Source: Thermococcus kodakarensis KOD1 (GTDB lineage: Archaea > Methanobacteriota_B > Thermococci > Thermococcales > Thermococcaceae). Taken from it: a stretch of 32,000 bases of DNA. Below, piece by piece: positions 1-7,170 of the stretch. The notes beneath the pieces were generated by a model, which was not told the DNA's origin, searched no databases, and saw only the letters and a program-made list of their open reading frames with translations. The translations under genes and the position numbers were made by a program. The stretch is taken from NCBI RefSeq assembly GCF_000009965.1, contig NC_006624.1:1890001-1922000 (forward strand), written 5' to 3'. Numbering within the stretch: the first letter of the stretch is position 1; each line of letters begins with the position of its first letter.

Positions 1-7
1 GGTGGCA

Positions 8-3000
8 ATGGCGTGGAACGACTGGATAGCGAAACATCCCAAGATTGTGCTGGCGGCGTGGATAGTCATCATAGTCCTCATGGCGCCGCTCGCAGGAAAA
101 CTGAGTGAGCTTACCGATTACAGTACGGAGCAGATGGTCTCCCACGAAATCGAGTCAATCAAAGTTCAGGATTTAATGGCCCAGGAGTTCACGGGAGCAC
201 AGAACGACAACCTCACGTACCTTCTCATCACGAACATCAACGTGAACGATGAAAACGCGAGGAAGGCCTACTATTCTTTCAAAGACCGGGTTGAGGGCAA
301 GTACGCCTCCAACGTTACATCCTACTACGATGCCCTGGATATGCTCTGGGAAATGGACTACGAGCTCACGCTCAACGTAACAAGGATGACCGCCAACATA
401 ACGGGGCTTCTCTACACGAGCGTCAAAGGCGCCCACGATGGCTATGGTATGGCCCTCAACCAGGTTCTTCTCCTCAAGAACACAACTGATATGGTAAAAA
501 CCAGCCTCGTCGGAACAGCCCGGGGATACGTTGCCCTTAAGAACAACCTTACGTCCCTTTACACCCAGCTCAACGCGACTGCAGGACTGCTTCAGATGGC
601 CGACGGCATCTACGTCCAGCTCTGCGCCCAGAACCCGAACATGACAGCCCAGGAGAGGGCACAGGCACTCCAGAACGAACTGATGGTCAAGGTTCCCGAG
701 AGTCAGCAGGCTATTGTTCCTGCGGTCGTGCAGGCGGTTGTCTCCGCCGACCCCTACTGCACGGGAACGCTCCTCTCCGACGAGGGGCTGCTTGAAAACA
801 CGACGGTTGAACTCGTGTACGGCATGATAACGAATGCTGGAGCTCCCCTTCCATTCGAGATTCCAAAGGAAGTTCTCTTCCAGCTCTACGAGAGCGGTGG
901 TAGCGAGACCGTAATCGACACCATGGCAGGGAACATGCTCAGGGCCCAAATAGCCGAGCAGATGGGGGGCCTCGCTCCAAACCCGGAGGCCCTTGCAGAG
1001 GTCATCTTGAGCGAGGTCGTCAAAGACCCCTATGGAATAATAAGCGGCGAAAAACTCGAAGATGCAACTGTCAGTGTGGTTCTTGCCCTATCCCCGCAGA
1101 AGACTGAGGACACCGAGAAGCTGGTCAGAGCTCTCTACAACGGCGCGGACCCGAAAGAGCTCGCTAGAGAGCTGTTCTTGAAGGGAATGCAGGAACAGAT
1201 GGCAGGCCAGGAAATTCCTGAAGAGTTCGCGGGGGTTATGAACAACCTCATCGAGCAGGTCATCCAGAACTACCCGATGAGCGAGGAAGAGCTCGAAAAA
1301 CTTGTGAAGGACGCCGTTAAGTCCATGGTATCAGAATACGCAAAGAACAACCCCTACGGTGTGGAGTTCAACTTTGACCAGGACCTTCTCGTGGACATCG
1401 CCTTCAAGTTCAAGGACAACCCCCAGGCAATATCGAAAGATGATGTCAAGCCCCTCGCAGAACAGCTCTGGCCAATCGTCAAGGAAAAGGCTGGAACCTA
1501 CCTGAGCATGCTCAAAAGCGACGACAACACTACGCTCCTGATAACCTTCATACCGTTTGGAAGGCCAGGTCCGAGCGGCGATGAATTCAGGTATCTCGCC
1601 CAGAACGCGACGGAAGTCAAGAAGGTGGCCCTCGAGGAGTTCGGAAAGTACTTCCCTGAGGTCAAAGGCGCCCTCGGTGGCACCCCCGTCCAGATGCACG
1701 AGATGACGAAGTACGGCCAGGAAGACAACCAGAAGACGAGCCAGGCGAGCATCATAGGCGCTCTCATCGTGCTCTTCATCCTGATGGGCGGCGCCCTCCT
1801 GGCGACGTTCCTTCCGTTCACGGGTGTTGCAACGTCTGCACTCACGGCCCTCGGAATAGCGTACCTCCTGGCCAAGGGCGGGATACTCAACGTCGGAAGC
1901 TGGGCACAGATGCTGACGATCACCACAGCCCTCGGTCTTGGAATTGACTACTCGACTTACTACGTCCACCGCTTCAAGGAGTACATTGCTGAGGGCTACG
2001 ACCACGAGAAAGCGGTCGCAGAGGCACTTAGGAGGGCTAAGGATGCAGTCCTTGCGAGTGCGTTCACAGACATCATAGCCTTTGCCAGCTTCGTTCTGGC
2101 ATGGGAGTTCCCGATATTCCAGCAGATTGGCATAATCGCGCCGCTTGCCGTTGTTACTGTCCTAGTAGCGAGCCTTACGTTCATCCCGGCAATAACAGCA
2201 CTCATAGGCGATAAGAGCTGGTTCTGGTGGCCGAGGCACATCAAGCACATTGAAACCATGGACGTCCACGAGAGGAGTAGAATAGCCGAGTGGGTCGTTA
2301 AGCATGCCAAGGTAGTGCTCCTCATTGGCCTGCTCATAGCGGTTCCGGCAACGTACACGTTCTTCACGTTTGAGGGAACCCACGACATAAGCCTATTCCT
2401 GCCGGAGGGCAGTGAAACTCTCACCTTCATGGAGCTGAGCCAGGAGAAGCTCGGTGCCTCGATAACTTCGCCGAACTACGTGATCATAGACATTGGACAC
2501 AAGATTACCGACGACGACCTTAAGCTGATCGACGAGATAACGGCCCACATAGCGGGAATGGAGGGAGTTAAGGCTGTCTATTCACCAACTAGACCCTACG
2601 GCGAGCCGGTCAGCAACCTCACGCTTTCAGCAATCAAGGCCCTCGGTGGGGACAGGTTCATCTCAAAGGGCGGTACCATGGTCATGATACAGATCGACCC
2701 GGTCTACGCTCCAACTGACGAGAAGGCGAAGGAGCTCGTCGAGGGCCTCAGGAGTTACATGGCCGAGCTTGAGAAGGAGGGCAAGATAAGGGAGGGCCTC
2801 GTCGGCGGTGGAGCGGCGCTCTCAATGGACCTCACAGACAGAATCAACGATATCTTCTGGCACAGGATAATCCCAGTGGCGCTGGTGCTGATGTTCCTGT
2901 CGCTAATCCCGACGCTCAAGGGACTCCCGGCGGTCGTCTCGACGATGATCACCATCTTCATGGGCGTCATGACGAGCATCTGGGTATCAACGTGGCTCTT

Positions 3001-3391
3001 CGGCAAGGTCTTCAATCAAGAAGTCATGTGGTTCCTGCCGCTGATGGTCTTCGTCGTGCTCATGGGAGTCGGCATTGACTACAACAGCTTCTATCTGGTT
3101 AAGGCCAGGGACGAGTTCGAGCGCAGGAAGCCCGAGGAAGCCCTCATAGTCGCGGCAGGAACGATGGACATGCTCGTCATAGGCCTTGCAGTAGTCCTTG
3201 CAAGCACATATGGCGCCCTGATGCTCAGCTCGACGTGGGGAACGAGGGAGATGGGCTTTGCCCTCTCAGCGGGAATCCTCCTGACAGCTGTTATGGCAGT
3301 GTACTTCATTGGGCCAGCCTTCATGAGCCTCTTTGGGGAGAAGGCCTGGTGGCCGCTGTTCAAGAGCCAGAAAGGTGCAAAGAAGGAGTGA
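8..3391 (+). CDS. MMPL/RND-superfamily membrane transporter (predicted exporter)
   Basis: Track ORF 2..3391 (1129 aa). An N-terminal TM helix and two blocks of multiple hydrophobic helices (about aa 585-745 and 960-1110) are each preceded by a large soluble domain, which is the MMPL/RND exporter layout. ATG at 8 follows GGTG at 1-4, so GTG at 2 is probably part of the SD. Upstream context is cut by the window edge. Confidence 0.8.
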   Translation: MAWNDWIAKHPKIVLAAWIVIIVLMAPLAGKLSELTDYSTEQMVSHEIESIKVQDLMAQEFTGAQNDNLTYLLITNINVNDENARKAYYSFKDRVEGKYASNVTSYYDALDMLWEMDYELTLNVTRMTANITGLLYTSVKGAHDGYGMALNQVLLLKNTTDMVKTSLVGTARGYVALKNNLTSLYTQLNATAGLLQMADGIYVQLCAQNPNMTAQERAQALQNELMVKVPESQQAIVPAVVQAVVSADPYCTGTLLSDEGLLENTTVELVYGMITNAGAPLPFEIPKEVLFQLYESGGSETVIDTMAGNMLRAQIAEQMGGLAPNPEALAEVILSEVVKDPYGIISGEKLEDATVSVVLALSPQKTEDTEKLVRALYNGADPKELARELFLKGMQEQMAGQEIPEEFAGVMNNLIEQVIQNYPMSEEELEKLVKDAVKSMVSEYAKNNPYGVEFNFDQDLLVDIAFKFKDNPQAISKDDVKPLAEQLWPIVKEKAGTYLSMLKSDDNTTLLITFIPFGRPGPSGDEFRYLAQNATEVKKVALEEFGKYFPEVKGALGGTPVQMHEMTKYGQEDNQKTSQASIIGALIVLFILMGGALLATFLPFTGVATSALTALGIAYLLAKGGILNVGSWAQMLTITTALGLGIDYSTYYVHRFKEYIAEGYDHEKAVAEALRRAKDAVLASAFTDIIAFASFVLAWEFPIFQQIGIIAPLAVVTVLVASLTFIPAITALIGDKSWFWWPRHIKHIETMDVHERSRIAEWVVKHAKVVLLIGLLIAVPATYTFFTFEGTHDISLFLPEGSETLTFMELSQEKLGASITSPNYVIIDIGHKITDDDLKLIDEITAHIAGMEGVKAVYSPTRPYGEPVSNLTLSAIKALGGDRFISKGGTMVMIQIDPVYAPTDEKAKELVEGLRSYMAELEKEGKIREGLVGGGAALSMDLTDRINDIFWHRIIPVALVLMFLSLIPTLKGLPAVVSTMITIFMGVMTSIWVSTWLFGKVFNQEVMWFLPLMVFVVLMGVGIDYNSFYLVKARDEFERRKPEEALIVAAGTMDMLVIGLAVVLASTYGALMLSSTWGTREMGFALSAGILLTAVMAVYFIGPAFMSLFGEKAWWPLFKSQKGAKKE

Positions 3392-3413
3392 TTTCCTTCT
3401 TTTCCCATTTTTG
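3392..3413 (+). terminator. Oligo-T tracts downstream of the MMPL gene (archaeal intrinsic termination signal)
   Basis: tttccttcttttcccatttttg lies directly after the TGA at 3389-3391 and includes a T5 run at 3408-3412. Confidence 0.4.
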
Positions 3414-3416
3414 TCC

Positions 3417-3431
3417 CAAAAGGGTTATATT
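3417..3431 (+). promoter_or_regulatory. BRE/TATA-like element (caaaagggttatatt) upstream of ATG 3464
   Basis: An A-rich BRE-like stretch plus GTTATATT sits 33-40 nt upstream of ATG 3464. The expected TSS is near 3453-3456, just before GGAGGGT (SD-like) and ATG 3464. No comparable TATA is visible in the 40 nt before ATG 3683. Confidence 0.4.
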
Positions 3432-3472
3432 CTCTGGACACTGTCCTTTTCTGGAGGGTAAGAATGGAGCGA

Positions 3473-3513
3473 AAAAAGCTCAAAATCTACATTCCCAGAA
3501 TCAACTTCCCCTC
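3473..3513 (+). repeat. Direct repeat copy 1 (41 nt) of the radical SAM gene 5' coding region
   Basis: aaaaagctcaaaatctacattcccagaatcaacttcccctc matches 3698-3738 at 37/41 positions. The first 23 nt are identical. Confidence 0.9.
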
Positions 3514-3518
3514 GCAGG

Positions 3519-3666
3519 ACCGGGGGGTTTCACCCCCCACGTCCTTGCTAACCCCCTCCCCCCGAAAGTGGGGCTTCGCCCCACATAAACCGGAAAACTG
3601 CGTTTCCCAGACCCTTCCTTCTTTTTTGAACGCCAGAGGGGGCTCCGCCCCCTACAACCCCCCGGT
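3519..3666. other. GC-hairpin module (about 148 nt) bounded by 11-nt inverted repeats; MITE-like or structured-leader element
   Basis: accggggggtt (3519-3529) is the reverse complement of aaccccccggt (3656-3666). Internal perfect hairpins are GGGGGG-tttca-CCCCCC (3522-3538), GTGGGGC-ttc-GCCCCAC (3568-3584) and AGGGGGC-tcc-GCCCCCT (3637-3653). Confidence 0.5.
3619..3628 (+). terminator. T6 tract inside the leader (possible attenuator or premature termination site)
   Basis: ttcttttttg with T6 at 3622-3627 lies between hairpins 2 and 3, 55 nt upstream of ATG 3683. Oligo-T runs of 5 or more are known intrinsic terminators for Thermococcus RNA polymerase. Confidence 0.35.
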
Positions 3667-3682
3667 TTTAGAGGTGAGCTAA

Positions 3683-4522
3683 ATGGCAGAACCCAAGAAA
3701 AAGCTCAAAATCTACATTCCAGGAATTAAATTCCCCTCAGTCTCACTCACCGGAAACGCCTGTGCTTTAAACTGCGCCCACTGCGGAAAGCACTACCTCG
3801 AAGGCATGAGAAAGCCCGAACGTGGTGAACTTTTGAGCTACTGCCTCAGGTTAGCGGAGGAGGGTTACAACGGCTGTCTCCTGAGCGGTGGCATGGATGG
3901 ACGCCTGAAGGTTCCCCTTGACTTCTACGCTAACGAGATAAAGGAAATTAAGAAGAGAACGAACCTCAAGCTCAACGCCCACGTGGGTTTTATTGATGAG
4001 AGCGACCTGGAGTGGGTTAAATACGTTGATGTCGTTTCCCTTGACTTCGTTGGTGACAACGACGTGATAAGGCGCGTTTACAAGATAGACAAGACTGTTG
4101 ATGACTATCTGAGGGTTCTTGACATTCTAACTGAAGCCGGTGTGAGAGTCGCACCGCACATAACGATAGGTTTGGATTTCGGAAAGATTCACTGGGAGTA
4201 CAAAGCCATAGACATGCTGGTAAAATATCCGATAGACGTGCTCGTTCTCGACGTTCTAATTCCAACAAAAGGCACAGAAATGGAGAACGTTCCAAAGCCG
4301 AGCGTCGAGGAGAGCCTTGAAGTCGTTAAGTACGCGCGTGAGATGTTCGATGGCGAGCTGAGCATAGGCTGTATGAGACCTCTCGGAAGATGGAGGTTGG
4401 AGTTTGACAGAGGGGCAATCTTAACAGGCGTTGACAGACTGACGAATCCGCCCAGAAAAGTTATCGAATGGGCAAAAGGGATAAGGGACGTTGAGATTAT
4501 CTACGAGTGCTGCGTTATGTAG
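3683..4522 (+). CDS. lipS1: Radical SAM protein, candidate LipS1-type subunit of the archaeal two-component lipoyl synthase
   Basis: 279 aa with C27-x3-C31-x2-C34 (CALNCAHC). SD GAGGTGA lies 5 nt before the ATG. The size and layout resemble biotin/lipoyl synthases. The LipS1 assignment rests on remembered T. kodakarensis TK2109 literature plus gene order and is unverified. Confidence 0.75.
   Translation: MAEPKKKLKIYIPGIKFPSVSLTGNACALNCAHCGKHYLEGMRKPERGELLSYCLRLAEEGYNGCLLSGGMDGRLKVPLDFYANEIKEIKKRTNLKLNAHVGFIDESDLEWVKYVDVVSLDFVGDNDVIRRVYKIDKTVDDYLRVLDILTEAGVRVAPHITIGLDFGKIHWEYKAIDMLVKYPIDVLVLDVLIPTKGTEMENVPKPSVEESLEVVKYAREMFDGELSIGCMRPLGRWRLEFDRGAILTGVDRLTNPPRKVIEWAKGIRDVEIIYECCVM
3698..3738 (+). 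repeat. Direct repeat copy 2 (inside the real radical SAM CDS)
   Basis: aaaaagctcaaaatctacattccaggaattaaattcccctc is the partner of 3473-3513, offset by 225 nt (75 codons). Confidence 0.9.
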
Positions 4523-4585
4523 GGCTCACCAAACCTCGCATCATCACAAATCAGAAAGGAGAACGCCGATCATCGCCCTCTATTT

Positions 4586-5056
4586 TCAAAGTTCTTCCTT
4601 TACGGTAACGAACGAGACCATTGTAACCGTCTGTCCGATTCCCTTTATCTCCCTTAACTTATCAACAACGATTTTACCTACCTCTTCTGCGCTTGGAGCA
4701 CGGACCTTTATCATCATATCCCATTCTCCAGAGATTATGTGGACTTCATAGACACCATCGAGGGCCGCTATTCTCTCGGCAACCTCCCTCTGGGTGAGGC
4801 CTGAATCGGGGTCGTAGCGGGCCAGGATGAAGGCAGTAGTCCCCAGGTCAAGCTTCTTGTAGTTCGGCTTCACCGTGAATTTCTCTATGATGCCCTCGTC
4901 CACGAGGCGCTTTATTCTGTAGTGGACTGTGGTCCTCGGGATCCCGAGCTTCTTGCTGAGGCTGGCTATGTTCTCCCTGGCGTTCTCCTTCAGTTCGTTA
5001 AGCAGCTTAACGTCTATGGCATCCAATCCTCCCGTCATCGCTATCCCCGTTGTCAT
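4586..5056 (-). CDS. Lrp/AsnC-family transcriptional regulator
   Basis: 156 aa. It has an AsnC-type HTH (DVKLLNELKENARENIASLSKKLGIPRTTVHYRIKRLVDEGII) plus a C-terminal RAM-like ligand domain. An alternative ATG is at 5038. Confidence 0.85.
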   Translation of the reverse strand: MTTGIAMTGGLDAIDVKLLNELKENARENIASLSKKLGIPRTTVHYRIKRLVDEGIIEKFTVKPNYKKLDLGTTAFILARYDPDSGLTQREVAERIAALDGVYEVHIISGEWDMMIKVRAPSAEEVGKIVVDKLREIKGIGQTVTMVSFVTVKEEL

Positions 5057-5093
5057 TTGTTCAACAAAAATCTGGACTAATTGAAGTCTCTAC

Positions 5094-5648
5094 TTATTTA
5101 AGGTTTTCCTTCAGCCAGTTGGCAAATTCCCTCAGCGCCCTGCCGCGATGTGATATGCGGTTCTTTTCCTCCGTTGTCATTTCGGCAAACGTCCTGTCGA
5201 AGCCTTCAGGTATGAAAATCGGGTCGAACCCGAAGCCGCCACTTCCCCGGGGTTCCGTTGCTATTTTGCCGTCAACGCGACCGGTAAAGATGTGTAGCTC
5301 GCCGTCCCAGTAGGCTATCACGCTCTTGAAATGGGCTTTTCGGTTCTTCTCACCCTGGAGGAGCTTCAGAATCCCCTGGTATCCAATCGTTTTGTAAACA
5401 TAGGCGGAGTAAACGCCTGGAAATCCTTTTAGAGCTTCAACGAAGAGCCCCGAATCGTCGAGGAAGAAAGGTCCATCTACTCTCTGTGCCAGCCATTTTG
5501 CCCCGTACTCGGCCACTTCCTCGAGGGTGTCCGCCTGTATCTCTGGGTAGCTGACCTTTAGCTGGTAAACTTCGACTCCCAGCGGTTCAAAGTACTTTCT
5601 CGCCTCTTCCACCTTTCCAGGATTAGACGTCACAAAGGCCAGCCTCAT
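5094..5648 (-). CDS. Non-canonical purine NTP pyrophosphatase (ITPase, HAM1/RdgB family)
   Basis: 184 aa with TSNPGKxxE at the N-terminus, the FGFDPIF motif and C-terminal SHRGRAL, all typical of the HAM1 family. Confidence 0.9.
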   Translation of the reverse strand: MRLAFVTSNPGKVEEARKYFEPLGVEVYQLKVSYPEIQADTLEEVAEYGAKWLAQRVDGPFFLDDSGLFVEALKGFPGVYSAYVYKTIGYQGILKLLQGEKNRKAHFKSVIAYWDGELHIFTGRVDGKIATEPRGSGGFGFDPIFIPEGFDRTFAEMTTEEKNRISHRGRALREFANWLKENLK

Positions 5649-5693
5649 GCAACCACCGAAAAGAGAAGGAGAAACGGCATAAAAGGTTTGATG

Positions 5694-6182
5694 TCAGTGG
5701 ATCGTGTAGCCAATCTTCTCGACGAGCTCCCTGCGCTCCTTTCTCTGCTCTTCCGTCTCGATCTTGTTCGCGGCCTTGCCGTCCACGACGCCCAGGACGC
5801 TTCTTCCGAGGTCTGTCTCGGCCACTATGACCTGGAACGGGTTCTCGCTAGCTCCATAGACCATTGCAACTGCCGGGTGGTTCTTGACGGTGTTGAGAAC
5901 GTTTATCGGGAATGCGTTCCTCATAAGGATGACGAAGACGTGGCCGGCCCCTATCTTCACGGCGTTCTTGGCTGCGAGCTCCTCAAGCTCCTTGTCGTTT
6001 CCTGTGAAGCGGGTGAGCTGGGGCTTTGCCTCGTTCATTGCGATTCCAAACTTTATCCCCGGAACTGCCGTCAGAAGAGCCCTGGCGAGGTCATCAACTG
6101 TGAATATCGAGAAGTTGCCCTGCCCGATTATGACCTCAACCCCCTCGGGCTTTTCTATGTCAACGACCTCTATCCTGACCAT
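5694..6182 (-). CDS. Adenosine-specific-kinase family protein (PF04008 / PAE2307-like)
   Basis: 162 aa. The conserved archaeal pattern IGQGNFSI...GIKFGIAMNEA...GAGHVFVILMRNAFPINVLN was recognised from memory of the family. SD GGTGA lies 6 nt upstream of ATG 6182. Confidence 0.6.
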   Translation of the reverse strand: MVRIEVVDIEKPEGVEVIIGQGNFSIFTVDDLARALLTAVPGIKFGIAMNEAKPQLTRFTGNDKELEELAAKNAVKIGAGHVFVILMRNAFPINVLNTVKNHPAVAMVYGASENPFQVIVAETDLGRSVLGVVDGKAANKIETEEQRKERRELVEKIGYTIH

Positions 6183-6249
6183 CCGACATCACCAGAAGAG
6201 TTTTTAATTGTCGGATAATATAACTTTTCTGGGTCGGTGGTGTTTGAAC

Positions 6250-7170
6250 ATGGGGGAAGTAAAGCTTGAAGAGATCGAGTTTTTGGTGGAGCTGCTGAGC
6301 AAATACCCCCTGGAAAGCCTTAGGAGCATAGCCCGGGAAGAGGGGTTAGATTATTACAAGCTTAAGCGCATCTATGACAAGTACTATGGTAAATACCTAA
6401 CTGTGAGCGCAAGGTACAACATAAGAATTATAGGTCTCAAGAGCTTTGTTGCTTTTCTTGCGGTTTCTCCTGAGAGCCTTCTTGAGACTGCAATACAGCT
6501 AACCAAGAACCCCTTTATTAAATATGTGAATCCGGCTTTTGGCTTTAAGAACGGTTTGTCCTTATATTTCCAGGTTCCGCATGACCAAGTGGATCTTATA
6601 GATGAAATGCTTGGAAAGTACTCAGATGACTTCGAGTACTATGAGGTTAGGGCGTACACTAAGGGTGAACTTCCCGATGAGTGGGGGGACTGGGATCTTG
6701 GCTATGAGTATGCCATCCTGATGGACATCCTCAAGTGGGACGCTCGAACACCTATCACTGAAATTGCAGAAAAACTCGGCAAGTCAAGGCCCACCGTCAG
6801 GTACATGATAAACCGCCTGAAGGAGAAGGGCATACTGATTAATTTTGTTCCTCTCCCCGACATGAATGTCTCGGATCGAGGAATTATCGGAATCGCGAAA
6901 GAGCTTGACGAAGAGGTGCTTAAACGATTCAACGACTATGAGATTACCGTTGGCGTGCTCCCGGGAGAGGGGTATATCTTAGAGTGGTTCTTCTCCTCAA
7001 AGGAGGATATGGGTTCAAAAATCTTGGAGTTCAGCAGGTACGTTGAGAAAATCCTTGTTGAGTACTTTGATCCGACCTTCAAGGAGCTTAACGACAGAAA
7101 TTCCAGGATGGCTTTCCAGAGAATGGTGAAAAAAGACGGGAGCGGCTACAGATCAATACTTGAGTTTTAA
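6250..7170 (+). CDS. Tandem (fused double) Lrp/AsnC-like HTH regulator
   Basis: The track ORF starts at 6208, but ATAATATAA (TATA-like, about 6216-6224) and GGTGGTG (SD) lie inside that extension, so ATG 6250 is preferred (306 aa). The second half carries a clear AsnC-type HTH (ILMDILKWDARTPITEIAEKLGKSRPTVRYMINRLKEKGIL) plus a RAM-like domain. The first half repeats the same HTH+RAM layout in degenerate form. Confidence 0.7.
   Translation: MGEVKLEEIEFLVELLSKYPLESLRSIAREEGLDYYKLKRIYDKYYGKYLTVSARYNIRIIGLKSFVAFLAVSPESLLETAIQLTKNPFIKYVNPAFGFKNGLSLYFQVPHDQVDLIDEMLGKYSDDFEYYEVRAYTKGELPDEWGDWDLGYEYAILMDILKWDARTPITEIAEKLGKSRPTVRYMINRLKEKGILINFVPLPDMNVSDRGIIGIAKELDEEVLKRFNDYEITVGVLPGEGYILEWFFSSKEDMGSKILEFSRYVEKILVEYFDPTFKELNDRNSRMAFQRMVKKDGSGYRSILEF

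Larger units (their letters stand above)
3464..3682 (+). other. Upstream ORF (72 codons) in frame with the radical SAM gene: duplicated N-terminus followed by read-through of a GC-hairpin insert
   Basis: MERKKLKIYIPRINFPS parallels MAEPKKKLKIYIPGIKFPS of the downstream gene. It is in the same frame as 3683..4522 and ends with TAA (3680-3682) immediately followed by ATG 3683. The remaining peptide is Pro/Ser-rich and low in complexity. It may be translated, but it is probably not a functional protein. Confidence 0.3.

Noticed and set aside
173-2430. Long minus-strand ORFs (173..949, 1331..2005, 1498..1926, 1996..2430) inside the MMPL gene
   Set aside because: They lie entirely antisense to a 1129-aa ORF with clear transporter architecture. 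Their products are Arg/Val/Gly-rich shadow-frame translations typical of GC-rich codon position 3, and none has an SD or promoter.
3680-3682. Programmed stop-codon read-through or recoding that would join the upstream ORF to the radical SAM CDS
   Set aside because: The stop is TAA, not the TGA or TAG used for Sec or Pyl. A good SD and ATG immediately follow. A fusion protein would carry the N-terminal segment twice, so re-initiation or coupling is the simpler reading.
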